DNA of 64,000 nt. Source: Octopus vulgaris. Its lineage: Eukaryota. This document shows positions 25,880 to 39,929 of this stretch, piece after piece. The translations under genes and the position numbers were made by a program. Below the pieces are notes generated by a model that did no database searches, was not told where the DNA came from, and saw only the letters and a program-made list of their open reading frames with translations. Location: contig OX597822.1 of the NCBI GenBank assembly GCA_951406725.2, forward strand, positions 27,838,001 through 27,902,000. The letters are read 5' to 3'. Numbering within the stretch: position 1 is the first letter of the stretch; every line of letters starts with the position of its first letter.

Positions 25880-26420
25880 ATGAATTTAATTTGTTGGCAG
25901 GAGCTGCTAGTATCGAAGGAGATGAGTGTCTTTCTGGCTGTTAGAATTACGTCTATTCCCAAGTGGGTCAGGTTAGTTAAGTCTTTAGCTAGAATATAAG
26001 CTTTGTTATGGAAGATAGGGGATATAGAATTGTAGCAATTGCTGATGTTATATTTTAGGAATCCGGAAGTATTTTTGCTTGCAGGCAGGTGAAAACAGGC
26101 AATAACTTCAACTTTGCAGGACCATAAATTGATGTCTATTTTTTTCTAACTACAGGTATTATATTTTCTAGTATATTTTTACTGATTCGTCCTAAGTCAG
26201 ATTTGATAGTGCAGATGAAGATTTTAGATGGTTTGGTTATGAAATCCGCTTTGTGGTCTTTCAGGTTGAAATGTGGGGCTCTTGGGTTGTAAGGCTCCGT
26301 ACGAATCGTCTACTTCAAGTTTGTTTACTAATTTACAATGACTGCTGTTGTTGGTATTGAGGGTGGACGTCGGGACAATCTTGTAGGACTTTTAGAAGTC
26401 CTTTCTAATGAAGTCATTTT
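25880..26420 (-). pseudogene. Penelope-like reverse transcriptase remnant
   Basis: Minus strand translates to PHFNLKDHKADFITKPSKIFICTIKSDLGRISKNILENI, then NISNCYNSIS and DVILTARKTL. This matches the LKDHK...KSE.G.ISK / DI..FYPSI / ARKSL pattern of PLE RTs; frameshifted. Confidence 0.7.
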
Positions 26421-26515
26421 CTACATGTTGTCATAAGTTCTATCACACCTTTAAATTCTTCCATACATCCAAATGCATATAAAACCATCACGCCTAATAC
26501 ATCCATCCATGGTCG

Positions 26516-26596
<81 letters not shown>

Positions 26597-26700
26597 TGAG
26601 TGAGTGTGTGTGTGTGTGTGTACATGTGTATACGTATGTATATATGTATATATGACTATGTATATGTATGTGTGTATATATGACTATGTATATGTATGTG

Positions 26701-26735
<35 letters not shown>

Positions 26736-27191
26736 ATATGTACACTCTCTTATTTTTTCCACTACCTCTCTATCTAAATAACTATCTTAGAAACTAGCTA
26801 CTTTAATTTTTAGTTTTTTAGTTTTCTTAGTTTGTAATTTTAATCGAGAATTTTAAATTTAAATTCTTAATCCTTTATCTCACACCATTTAATGGCTATG
26901 AAGCTTGAAATACAATTTTAAATATCTGCACTAAAATATTATCCTTATAAGCTAACCTAGATTGGCCTTCCACACTCACTCTACCGAAACATTAACGTTT
27001 CACCTCTAACCCTCAAACAATACTGATATATCTATAGCTTTCCTTTACTTTTATTTATATATTGTATTTTATTTTATTATTCTTTACCTCGCTATCTCTA
27101 TCTTATTTTATTTTTATCCCCTTTCTCCCATCTCCCAAACACACTCACTTTCAAAACCCATTTAGGATATATCTCTCATTAAATTTTATTC

Positions 27192-27278
<87 letters not shown>

Positions 27279-27282
27279 CATT

Positions 27283-27874
27283 GAGTGAGAGAGCAGTGCA
27301 TGCCATCAAAGTGACACTGGGGTAACATATACGAAGCCCAGTTTACCCATCATGACTACCCATCTGATAAGGGTACACCAGACACATGCATCACAACCAT
27401 ATGTGCGCGACATGGTGATCTCATAACAAGATAAACAGCGCATGACCTTGCGGGTGGGGCCCAGTTAGAATTGTCTTCTGGTCGGGTAACCCATCCCACT
27501 CAAAAGGTACCTGATTAAGGGTTGTTTAAGGATGTTGAATGAAACACCCATGTTTCCAGAGGTGAATTATTCAAACCCCAAAGAATCCCTCTCAACACTT
27601 GGCTATGATGCTCCCCCACTACTTCTGCTTATGATCAGAGATGTACATATCGTCAGGCACTGAGGGACATGCTCAACTGGTTAAGGTCAAGCAACTGACA
27701 AGCAAATCTGTGGTATTGAGCAGAATATTTGCTGTAGCCCATCTTTTATACCAAGACAAAACAATGTACATGATAACACTTCCAGTCAGTTAAGATCAGA
27801 AGCCATGAGAGCCACTGCTTGGTACAGCATCAGGGCACTTATACTGCATCAGAGCATTGGTACTGCATCAGGGC

Positions 27875-27875
<1 letters not shown>
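27283..27875 (-). mobile_element. Element X, full length, with triplicated 5' terminus
   Basis: Reverse complement of 60754-61308, flanked by (TTA)n. tactgcatcagggca-like units occur three times at 27820-27875. Confidence 0.9.
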
Positions 27876-27932
<57 letters not shown>

Positions 27933-28093
27933 GTTGTTGTTGTTGTTGTTGTTGTTATTATTATTACTATTATTATTATTATTATGATTAATATTATTAT
28001 TATCATTATTATTATTTATACTATATATATATTTTATAATTTTTATCTTATTCTTATTTTCCTCTTACCACAATCTTATTTTCTAATTCTTTC

Positions 28094-28156
<63 letters not shown>

Positions 28157-28470
28157 ATTCACCAACTCACAAAACCCATTTATGGCCATCATACTTTCTC
28201 GCTCTATATACACGTTTACAATATGAATATATCATTAAGAATACGGCCAGAATGCTGCATGGATTTACCTGAGATTTTAAGTAAAACCTGTATCTTCATG
28301 GAAGTACCGACCAACATACATATCTTCTGGAAAAGGAGTCGTAAACATTATTCTCTTGCATATATTCTTTAACTACTTTTACTCTTTATTCTTCTATTTT
28401 ATTCCTTCTAAAATGTGAAAGTTATTCCTTATAAACCGTAAGTTTTCTCCGTTTAAAATATTCCTACCTT

Positions 28471-28550
28471 GTCTCTGATGACGGAATGAATACCTAGAGC
28501 ACGGACATGCTAACGAACCACTTGGGTTATCCCAGAAACGGCTGCTAGAC
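28471..28550 (+). ncRNA. Type I hammerhead motif with mutated cleavage site
   Basis: gtct-CTGATGA-cggaat..acctagag...cttgggttatccca-GAAA-cggctg-CT-agac. Confidence 0.6.
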
Positions 28551-28779
28551 TTTCAATTCACCCTGCCCTAATTAAATTATTCCAGATTACTTGAGATACT
28601 CGTTCTGCTTTGGCTTTGATTTCTCTAATATAATATATACATGATATAACGAAACCTAGCAAGGGTCCTTAGATATAGCCTTGGCTGTGATCTTTGAACC
28701 TAACGTTCGACCAACTATAGCACTTACCCAGTGTACCTATTCGTTTAGACCTCAAGTGAACTAAACCCCTTATATATGC

Positions 28780-28993
28780 AAAGACACCTAAAAGCTTCAC
28801 GAAGACACCTAAAAGCTCCGGCAGGGGGTGGTGATCCCTGCTGTACTCTTTCACCACAACTTTCTCTCACTCTTTCTTCTGTTGGCCTGCTCGCTTAGCC
28901 AGCGGGGTGGCGTCATTTGAAGGCTAAAACAATGCGAACGCATTGTGACCAGCGATGTGTAACTACATCTGATAGCCTGGTCGGTCACGGTGA
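28780..28993 (+). mobile_element. SINE type B (tail 3), 5'-truncated
   Basis: Shares acacctaaagctcc...ctgctgtactctttcaccacaactttctctcactctttc with 11670-11757, then a different tail. Confidence 0.75.
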
Positions 28994-28997
28994 TATA

Positions 28998-29039
<42 letters not shown>

Positions 29040-29290
29040 AATTTTAGATACAAGGATCGAGGAATAGGAAGTAAATGAGCTTCAAGCAATCAGTAGAAAA
29101 TAATAAAAACAACCAGTGGTTTATTGAGGCTGAATATTGTGAATATTTTCCGTGTCAAAGTACGATAAGCAGAAAAGAATTATTATATATGACGGTTGGC
29201 AACCAGGGTTGCCAGGTATGCGAATAATAATCCAAGAGTTAAGGAATGGTGTAGATAGAATCCGGGCTACTTCATTCCTAAACTCTTGTG

Positions 29291-29327
<37 letters not shown>

Positions 29328-29429
29328 TATATGTGTATATATACACGCACAGACACACACATGTGTATATATCTCGGTGTGTGAGTTTGTGCGTATGCAT
29401 ATCTATGTGTATACCTGTGTGAGTCGACA

Positions 29430-29575
29430 CAAACATTATTTACTTTCTCTCTCCTTTCTGTGGAAGAACGTAGACTTGAAACGTTAAAGACTTTTTCACT
29501 TCCCGAGCATTAAACTAATGCATTTGTTTGTTGCGTACGCCACCTGTTTCCGTTCTTTTTTGTAAATTCTCCCTA
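29430..29575 (+). mobile_element. Family Z short element with decayed hammerhead-like motif (29454-29489)
   Basis: cttt-CTGTGGA-a-gaac-gtag-actt-GAAA-cg-TT-aaag. Confidence 0.65.
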
Positions 29576-29779
<204 letters not shown>

Positions 29780-30666
29780 CTTACTTATACTTACATATAT
29801 GTAGATAAATAGACAGACAGATAGATATAGAGAGAGAGGGGGGGGACGAGAGAGATGTGTGATGTAAATTTCGACGACTTCAAGGCCACAATCTTCCAGA
29901 CATACGCGCACAATCATATTCGTCACTCAATACGGTATTTCACGCAGCACTAACATACGTTCAAACACACATACACACGAACAGGCGCACACACAGATAT
30001 GCACATAAAAACAGAAACTCACACATATATATATATATATATTAGCGGAGAGTGACAGATAGTTTCAAGTTAGAGATAATTCTATTAAATTAATTCATTA
30101 TAAGCGTTCGTCTTCGGAAAAACTATAGCACCGGTTTAAATTTTTCAATATTGAGTCTATCAATCTGAGAAATTATGACCAAGTTATGATGTTCCGAAAT
30201 AAAATGTTTCGTTGTTATGGCTTCTGTTGTTATGGAATTCAGTTACATTTAATTTGTCATGCGTTTAACATCGTCGGTCTTTCATTCCATTTCGTATTTC
30301 CCCTCCCCACTCTCACATCTTTTTTCTTTCTTTTCATTTTGTATTACATTTTCGATACCATTGTCTTCAACATCTTCGTGCTTGAATTTTTGCGTGCTGA
30401 TATTTTTCTGTTTTTGTGGTTGGAGGGGGTTGTCTTTTCTTTATTATTCTATATTTTAAATGAGAAGAAACTTGAGTAAATGTTATTTCATGCAATTGAA
30501 ATTGGCATGAAAGCAATAACTGACGCAAAGGAAATAACAGTTAAAACCGAGGCACCACGTAAACGTGTATCGACTGTCTAGTAACATTATAACATGGAAT
30601 AAGACAAAACAAATCGCTTAATTCCATTAGCTGTAATATATATACAATATATGTACACTCACACAC

Positions 30667-30709
<43 letters not shown>

Positions 30710-31602
30710 TGTATATTTATATATCAGCAGTGTAATCTCTGTAACTATTCAGACAAAGAACAATTTATTAATGCTGCACTTGAAATATAAAACAAATAAG
30801 TAGCAATATAATTATAAATGAGCAATACTTTCTACTTTTACACTTGAAAACAAAAATTGTGAGAGAAAGCTTGCGTTCACCTTTCTGAAGCTTTCATCGC
30901 AAGTCGTAATTCACGTGTTATTCATTTAAAATGTTTACAGTAGTCTTTTCAAATTAAGAATCGAAAACAATTTATGAGATTGTTTTAAGAATAAAAAATA
31001 TGTGCATTTCTTATGATAACTCTTATTTTCTACATCGTAGTATTATGTATTACAGTATGTTTCAGTCCGTTACGTGTAATAGTGGGAAAAATGTGGAAGG
31101 AGGCTTATTAAAGAATCCGTTCTCAACTACTGGACGTAAATCAACTTCAGACATTGTATTTCTCAGGAACCCACTAAATTATAGTCATTCCAGTTTACTT
31201 TTCCGTGAAAAACAACCATGAGGTATTTAGAAAATATTAAATAGCGATAGATATTTATGCAAATCGTAATAAATAAATAATCCGGAGTTAATTACTTACG
31301 TCCTCAGCACTACAAATATATTGCACTTTGAAGATATATACATTTCATTTGAAAGAAGATAACTTTTATCTTAATCTTTCTGGCCAGTATAAAAATTCTA
31401 GTGACAGAAATACGAGTATGCCAGCAGTAAAAATTAACGTTGGCTTCAAATCGTAAGAAAACATTTCTTTATATCGGAAAATATCTAGCATGTGATTTAG
31501 TGCAAAACTACTGTCCATTATTTATTCGATGTTCGGAATATACTAGGCCACAATATTTTATGAATGGTAAGGAACCAAAATATAACCATTTAGTTATACT
31601 AA

Positions 31603-31878
31603 AGCGAAGGCACATGGCCTAGTGGTTAGAGCAGCGAACTCGCGGTCGATGTATGTGTTTATGAGCGAAACATCTAAGCTCCACGCGGCTCCGGCAGAAG
31701 GTAATGGCGAACTTCTGCTGACTCTTTCGTCACAACTTTCTCTCACTCTTTCCTCCTGCATCTTGCAGCTCACCTGCGACGGACCGATGTCCCGTCCAGG
31801 TGGGGAACCTATACGCCAAGTAAACCGGGAAACCGGCCCCTATGAGCCAGGCATGGCTCGAGAAGGAACAAACAGCAA
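31603..31878 (+). mobile_element. SINE type B (tail 2) with 9-bp TSD
   Basis: tRNA-like head tggcctagtggttagagc and the shared central block. TSD ttatactaa at 31594-31602 and 31879-31887. Confidence 0.8.
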
Positions 31879-32314
31879 TTATACTAACCTTTAGGTTTAC
31901 AGTGCATATGATGTATAACAGGTTTACAGTGCATATAATGTATAATACCAAAAGAATAGTGTTAATATTTTAAAAGAATTAAATGATGCATTAATAAATA
32001 GTATATTGTGATTCTTAAGTTTTTTAACGAATTTAAAATTTGTTGGAACCATGTGACTACTGGTTACCACTTCGTTCGGGTTTTTCATACAAGCATTAAT
32101 GTATGGTTAGTATGGTTATGGTTTACACCAGTCTTACAGTCTAGGAGTGAATGTAATGATCATTGATATTGTCCCTCCTACCTTTGGATAAATTGTCTAC
32201 GAAGAAGACAAGAGTCAGTAAGAGTGCAGTACGAGAAAAATTATTCAATCACCTGAAGTAAAAGATTTTTATGAATACTATTCAATATATATATATGCAC
32301 ACATAGATAGATAT

Positions 32315-32388
<74 letters not shown>

Positions 32389-32551
32389 GGTACTACTATT
32401 CATAGATACCGTGTGGTATCTATGAATAGTAGTACCCTCTATATAATATAAATAAATATTTTCAAAGTGGAAAAATTTACGGATTTTTTCTCTTACGAGG
32501 TTTTTCACGCTAACTACTGATAATTCCTTATAAAGATTTTATCCTCAATTT

Positions 32552-32613
<62 letters not shown>

Positions 32614-34727
32614 GATAGACATGGTTATATGTATATATATATATATTTCTTTATGTAGGTATACGTAATTTGAAATATTGTAATGAAAGTTTTAAAAAAT
32701 ACATTCGTAAGCTATTATATAGTTTAAGACATAAAACAGTGAAACGATGACCAGTCGTTCAAGACCACCGAGTGGCAAATCGTGTGTATTTAACGGAAGC
32801 CACAGTCACCAGTACTCTGATAAGATCTCCTGTTTGAAGCCATCTTCCTATCGTCTATCGGTGTCAAAAGTTCAGTAAATTTCCCGAGCACTTCGTTCGT
32901 TTCTCACTAAAAGATGATAAAAAACTGAATTTTTTGTCAACCATACTTTCTTTTTGCCAATTATATTCTTAGGTTTCTTGTTATCGAATTATATCGATCG
33001 TGTAACATTAGTATTAGTATTATATATAGCATCTAAATCGTAAGTTATACTACAGCTTAGATGTACTAAAACAGCACCAGCTTTCTATGTATTAAATATG
33101 TTTGGCTTCTTTGAATATTAGAACAGTAGACAGTAGCAATATTTTCTTGTAGATGTATTTGCTTTACCCTTACACGCAAGAAAGATCTTAGTTGGTGTTA
33201 CACTAACCTAAACTATAATAGACTAAAGCTGTTTTGTGAATCGTATGTATATTCAGTTATTTAGGCCACTAAAACTTGAAGCTCCTAGTGAGACATTTCC
33301 AGTGTTGCATCAAATAAGAGATAGACGAAGATAACTTATTGATGGTAAGTATGAATACAACATGGCCTAAATTAAGTTCATATTATGCATTTGTTAACAT
33401 AGAAACTGATTTGTGCATCTCAAAAAAGATAGAGAAGAATATGATGAATGATACATTTCCAAGTGGTTAAAATCTAATAATTAGTAATTACCAATTCAAA
33501 GTTATATATTTAATATCCAATAACTTTCAAATCTTAGGTTTTTTCCCCGTTTCAGCATATTTACTATCTTCCGTGGAGACGCTAAGATTGATTTGCATTA
33601 TGTTAATTCAATGAGAGAAGTTGGTTTTGTGTTGCATTGCGTTCAAGTAAGTGAGAAACACTGTCATAGACAGATATGGGAAATGAAATAGAAAAAAAAA
33701 ATATATATTAAAAGTGGTGTATTTAGTTCAGAATAAAACATGAGTGAATCACAGATAATTATCTTCTTGCTAACGCCTGAAGTAGGTGATCAGACGTTAG
33801 AATATTTCGGAAATTATCCGATTCAGGTCTTGCCTTCAGACATTTTATTTGTCAATATATTTGTGTGCATGTGTTTTTTAGCTGGACTACACATTGCTCA
33901 TGCATTCATATTTAGATGTCGTCTCAGTTTCAATATGTCATAATCAACGACATGAAAAATAAAATTTCCTTTGTCAAAGCGGATATTAGTTTATTCATCT
34001 CACATAGAAGAGACAACGATAAGAGGGATGTGTTTTTTTTTTCTTTTTCAAGTTATTTCAAACAAGTAATTTATTAGCATTTCATGGTGATATATATTTT
34101 CTTATATATTTAATATTCAATTATCTCTAAATCTGTGAGCGTTTCCGTTTCAGCATATTGTGTGTCTTCAGTTCAGGTGTTAAGATTGTATAACAATGCC
34201 TTAACTCAGACAAAATAAAATAAAGGAATCCTAAGAAGATGGTGTCGAAAAAGGAAAAAGAGGAGGAAGAGGCGATGGAGGATTCACTTGTTCTTATTTT
34301 GATAGAGCAAGTACGTTGTACAACATAATAAAGTTGATACATTTAGTTTAGAAAAAACTTAAGTGTAAATGATTATTTCACTACAAAAACAAACTGAAGT
34401 TTGATCAGATACTCGAATAATTCAGAGAATTTCCGTTCCAGCATATTTTACATTTGGTTGTTGGTTTGTTTGTGTCTCGAATGTGAACTGGTTAACACAT
34501 GGTTATTATAATCGAATCTCGACTATCGTATATATTTCATTTTTATATAACTATTTGACTGGTTGACTGTGATGATTTAGGAGGAAAGACGCCACATAAT
34601 ATTTTTTGCAAGTAATTTTCGTCTATAATATAGCACGATAAAATTGGAGTAAAAAGAGAGAGATTGAGCAGAATATAAGGTGTAGAGAATAAATAGTAAG
34701 GACAAAAGAGACACAAAGGCAGCCAGC

Positions 34728-34765
<38 letters not shown>

Positions 34766-34895
34766 AAAATCTAGTAAAGGTAAGATAGGGGAGAGAAAAA
34801 ATAAAGTGTGAAGAATAAAACTGAAGCTTAGCATATTGAGAGAGAAAAAAATCAACGGTAAGGAAAATTAGGATTAGAAGTGATAGAAAGAGAAG

Positions 34896-34930
<35 letters not shown>

Positions 34931-35057
34931 TGTGTGTGTTTGTGGAGAGAGAGTGTGGAGAGAGAGAGAGAGAGGTGGAGAGAGAGAGTAGATGAAACTT
35001 CAAAAAGATTTCAACAGGTTTAAAGTAGGTAGAACGAATATTATGAAGACGAATCTG

Positions 35058-35065
35058 TGACGTCA
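35058..35065. promoter_or_regulatory. Full CRE palindrome (TGACGTCA) in non-repetitive sequence
   Basis: Exact consensus with the CpG retained, just downstream of (GA)n tracts. Function not shown. Confidence 0.25.
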
Positions 35066-35483
35066 TCCTACTTCTCAACTTTTTATCCTTTTTGAAGCCC
35101 ATCAAATTAATGATATCAGCAACTCTGAGGATTTTTTTCAAGTATCCACGGTGGATATATTCATGGATACTAATAGTGTCTACGGAAATTTTATGGTTAT
35201 TTTAAATGCTGTAACCTCATTGGCCATTTATGGAAAACCTTTAAATATATTTTTATTGTGAAATAGCATGTCTTTTTTTTTTTTAATTTGTCTAGATGCT
35301 CCACAAAAATCTATATTTGTAGTGTGGATATGAAGTCTTAGGAGACAACATCACTGAAAGTTGTATTATTTGTTATGCACATCTAACCACATTTAACTTG
35401 AGAATTTTTTTTTTGTTTTTGCTTGTTTTCACTCTATATCATGAAGTAAACGATCTTAACAAGGCAGAAAATCGAAAAGTTAA

Positions 35484-36314
35484 TCTAATCTATAAAATGA
35501 AGAAGGCGAACGCTGATACACATTGGATTTTTATGTAAAAAGGGGTCTAAATGGGGCAGGAAGGGGATTAAAATTTACAGGAGGGGGTAACATGAGGTGA
35601 GAAATAGATTTGGAAGACGTTTGGGGGCGCTACAGTGGTTGCTTTGGTGTGAAAACGGGGATTTTATTGATTTTTGGGGACACTTAAGGGTCTACATTGG
35701 ACACCTTTTGCCCGATCAATGTGTTACCGTCCGTCATGAAGAAGTTTTAAATGTCTGCCATGGTGAGTTTATTGTCGTGAGAAAGAATCACTTCAAAACT
35801 TGGTGTATAGGAATTTTCTTTTACATCAAGTTCAAAATTTTGCGCCAGCCGTTAAACTGCCAGTACGTTGCTGTCCGTCATTAAGAAGTTTTGAATGCCA
35901 GCCATGGTGAGTCTACTATCCTGAGATTCTATCCCTTCAACCTTTGTTTTCCAATATTTTTTTTTATTCAGCTCGCAAGTTTGTCTGTCCCTTTTAAATA
36001 TTAGTGTTTTGCTGTCCGCCTTGGAGCAGACCTTTTTGTTGCCTCTGCCTGATATTTATGATTGATCTTTCAAAATATTTTATTTCTCAACTTACACAAG
36101 ATCTTTTGTTTTTTATAAACGGGAGAGAGAGCGAGAGAGAGAGAGAGAGAGAGAGTAGGAGAAAGCGAAGGAGAGTCCGAGAGAAAGGAAGAGCAAGAGA
36201 GCGGGAAAATTAGAAAGAAAGAAGAGAGAAACTAAGAGGGAGAATGTTGCGATAAGAAACAGAAAGTAACAACCACACCCTCATCCACGCGTAGAGCGGG
36301 TCACCTTAAGCTAG
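35484..36314 (+). mobile_element. Non-autonomous Helitron
   Basis: 5' a|TCtaatctataaaatg; 3' GC-rich hairpin (ccacgcgtagagcggg) then CTAG|t; no TSD; internal ~143-bp tandem repeats. Confidence 0.7.
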
Positions 36315-36677
36315 TCTATCTATAATATTATTCTGCAACAGCTTGACTCCGTTGGCAAATCTTTAACAATTCTGAATGTGTTGCATGACATACTTAGTTT
36401 CACATCAGATAGAGTTAATAGTGTTTGAATTGAACCCACAGTAACAGTGAGCAAATATAACTGCCTCACAGAATAGAGGATTCTAAAACAAAGCATATCA
36501 GTAATAAAAGTGCTGACAAATTTCATAGCTAAAATGTTCGCTTCATAACCATATGGTTCTTTGTTTCATCCCAGAACGTAACACATGACAAAAGTATCTT
36601 CTAATATATTCTTGAGTTGGTTAATGCATGCCAAGAAATTTGGTCCGGAAGAACACAATCGAAATTCATCGTGTAGT

Positions 36678-36805
<128 letters not shown>

Positions 36806-37064
36806 ATGCGTGTGTGTCTTCCATAGTTTATCAGTCGTTTTACGATGTAAACTTTGTCTTCAATTTTGCTTCATAATTTGGAGGCTGGACCGATAAGTTA
36901 AGTTGGTAATTAGTTGGAAAGATATTATCTTATTAATGTATAGATATAGTTAATTTATTTTTTATCAAAAGAAGCAAACTTTAGTTATATGATGAGATAT
37001 ATTTTTATATACTTATGTATATGACTCTATGTGCTGTGTTTCTACGTCAATAGTTATGTAGGAT

Positions 37065-37204
37065 ATAAGTATATATGGCTGTCTTGATTAGGATAATGGA
37101 TATTACTACCTCTTTAGCTCGAGGAAAAACATCTTTTGCAGCTAGCTACTGATGCACAACTGTGTCCTTATACCTCGAACAAGGGATTTAATTACCTCAC
37201 GCAG

Positions 37205-37276
<72 letters not shown>

Positions 37277-37920
37277 TTACTTGAGGACCAAGCAGGAATT
37301 GATGGACAACTAAGGTGCACTGTTATAATATATTCTACTTTGTTGTACGTACAAACTAGCTTTATACACACAGATGTGTGTGTGTGGATTTGCCATGATA
37401 GATCGGTAGCCACTACACATTTTTCTCTCTTTGTTTCTCTCCTTGTTTCTTTCTGTGTTCCTTTCTGTGGAAGAGCGTAGGCTCGAAACGTTAAAGACTT
37501 TTTCAATTCCCGAGCGTTACACTAATACATCTGTGTTTTCTACACAACCGGTTTTCTTCTTTTGTTTTTTTTCGTGAATTCTTCCCGTATATATATATAT
37601 ATAGAGAGAGAGAGAAAGAGAGAGAGTAAAATCTATTTTCTAACGTAAAGTGGCAGTTCTGATTAGAACGATGTTACTATCTCTTTTAGCGTCAGGAAAA
37701 CATCTTTTCCAACTGGCTACCGACGCACAATTGTGTTCTTATACCTCGAACAAGGGAGCTAATGTCCCCAGTCAGCTTTAAACGGACTATGGTTTCTGGG
37801 GTATTTTTCTCTTTATCGGCTTAGGAGAACCGTTGGCCAGAGATGCCACCACTTGTCCTTGCTGAAGGTATATACTTTTGAAATGACACACAGTCGCTGA
37901 TCTCATAGAGAGGCAAACAA
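37065..37920 (-). mobile_element. Two partial tandem family Y copies (37065-37207, 37655-37920), the second with a decayed hammerhead (37783-37822)
   Basis: Direct repeat ttactacctctttagc...cttatacctcgaacaaggga, resembling 3465-3555. Confidence 0.55.
37461..37496 (+). ncRNA. Minimal hammerhead-like motif in a family Z element (37275-37590)
   Basis: cttt-CTGTGGA-a-gagc-gtag-gctc-GAAA-cg-TT-aaag. Confidence 0.6.
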
Positions 37921-38060
37921 TTGTATATATATATATATACAAGATATTTATCTTGTAAATTATTCATAAATTTAACCTTTAAAGGTATTTTTTTATATGC
38001 TGGCCATTGATAAAATTTTTTCCCGAAAAAAATTTTATCCTACATTAGTTATATATATAT

Positions 38061-38632
38061 CAGTACCTTTTAACAAAGAGCTAACAAACACATTTTGGTT
38101 ACAACCTTCATTAGTTATAGAAAGTAATGTTTACTTGCTTACTTGCTTATAGAAATAATGAATCATACTAAAGTAAATTTTGGTAGCATAGGACAATTTA
38201 TATATTTGCGATATGAAGTATGATGCGGCTGCAGAATTTTAGAAATATTGTCATCATTTTTGATGGCGTATAATCTCATAAAGAAAACAATGAATAAAAG
38301 ATAAAAAACGTAAGTTGTAAAACGATAACCCGATGTAAAAGAGCTAATGCATAAAACGTAGTTATAAAACAAGTATAAAATATATTACCATTTTCTCAGC
38401 CATGAAACAAAGGGGTAGAGACCTCGGGGAATCGGATAGGAGACGTGCAGAAATATTAGATGTAATGTGACTCTATACATGAAATAAGATTCCATATGCA
38501 ACGGCAGTAATCGAGCTGACGACGATCACTCATCGTTTTAGATGATCTCAAGAGACATGTGCAAAATCCCAGACGAGACGTCGGCAAGAAGAGGAAACGT
38601 ATGAAGATTATTAACTTCTGTTGAAGAACAAT

Positions 38633-38674
<42 letters not shown>

Positions 38675-39219
38675 CAGGTTATATTATATGCAAGACACAG
38701 ACCAGTAAGGTGAGTGACAGATGCAACTGAAAAAGAAAAGAATAGAAGAAATCAGCCTACGAAGACAACAAGGAATGCTAATGAAGGTCAAGAAAAATGA
38801 CAGGATGAAAGAGAACGGGCTGCTGGAGGATTATAAAATGAAACAGAGAAACAAAGAGCGAGCCGACTTGGAGAGTTAACTAGAAAAGTGCTACAGTAAT
38901 ATAAGATGTAGCTCAAAAGTATGAGAGAAATGTATGAGAAATGTATGAGAGAAAAGAAAATGAAGCAGAAGGTAAAATATAGGAAAGGAGAAGTCCTATA
39001 AGTTGAAAACAGGAGAAAAGTACGAAACGGCAGGATGCAATACTGAAATAATATAACAGTTTTATAAACAAGTACCGTTCATTTAATTCAAGGAACAATT
39101 TTTTATATATATATATATATATCAGTACCTTTTAACAAAGAGCTAACAAACACATTTTGGTTACGACCTTCATTAGTTATAGAAAGTAATGTTTACTTGC
39201 TTACTTGCTTATAGAAATA
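38061..39219 (+). repeat. 97-bp direct repeats (38061-38157, 39123-39219) flanking ~950 bp
   Basis: One mismatch between the copies; each is preceded by (TA)n. Confidence 0.9.
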
Positions 39220-39929
39220 TTACATCTAGTTGATTTCATTTACCTCAACAATATTTCCAATAGGTATGCCAAGTTGTTGAGGTCCCCTTTTTTAGGTTAG
39301 ATTTTTTAGAGTAATTAATCAATACACTTCTAATGCACACATAACTAAAGGGGATCAATAGCAAAGATGGTGAGAGAGATCAAAATTAATGAAGAAACTA
39401 ATGTAAGACATATTGAAATTAGGGTTACAATAGTTAGACTATCTACGATAGATAGAGGAAATAATTTTCTTTAGTGACGGCGTACAAAATGCCGTGAGAA
39501 GTGGAAGATGATATTAGCACCAGGGATTGAACAAGCTCTGAAAACAGTTAGGTTTACGAAGATTGTTCAATTAACGGAACGCACTATACTTTATCAACAG
39601 CTGAGTTGACGGTGTGGAAATGGCATATATAAATGTCGAGAAAAAACACCATTCTAGAAGAAACTACCGTATTTATTAACCAGTCCAAATGAACAACATA
39701 TGAAGGTTAATTTTATAAGTCTAAAACTTGACTGAATGGCATATACCTTGTTTTCTCAGTATAGGAACACATTAGGACATGTGTAAATTCTTGGACAAAG
39801 AATGAGCTGTATAACACAATTTTTGTCCTTGGTTAGCAACTGTTATTTTCCTATATGCTTACCCCTAGAAAGTATGAAAAATGGCTAATATTTCTTCCAA
39901 ACTTAGCTTTTGCTACATTAATTTTGCTA

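Larger units (their letters stand above)
26740..28620 (+). repeat. Right arm of the Penelope pLTR-like inverted repeat, split by an element X insertion and ending in a hammerhead
   Basis: Homology to 24484-25220 on both sides of 27190-28020. Confidence 0.7.
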
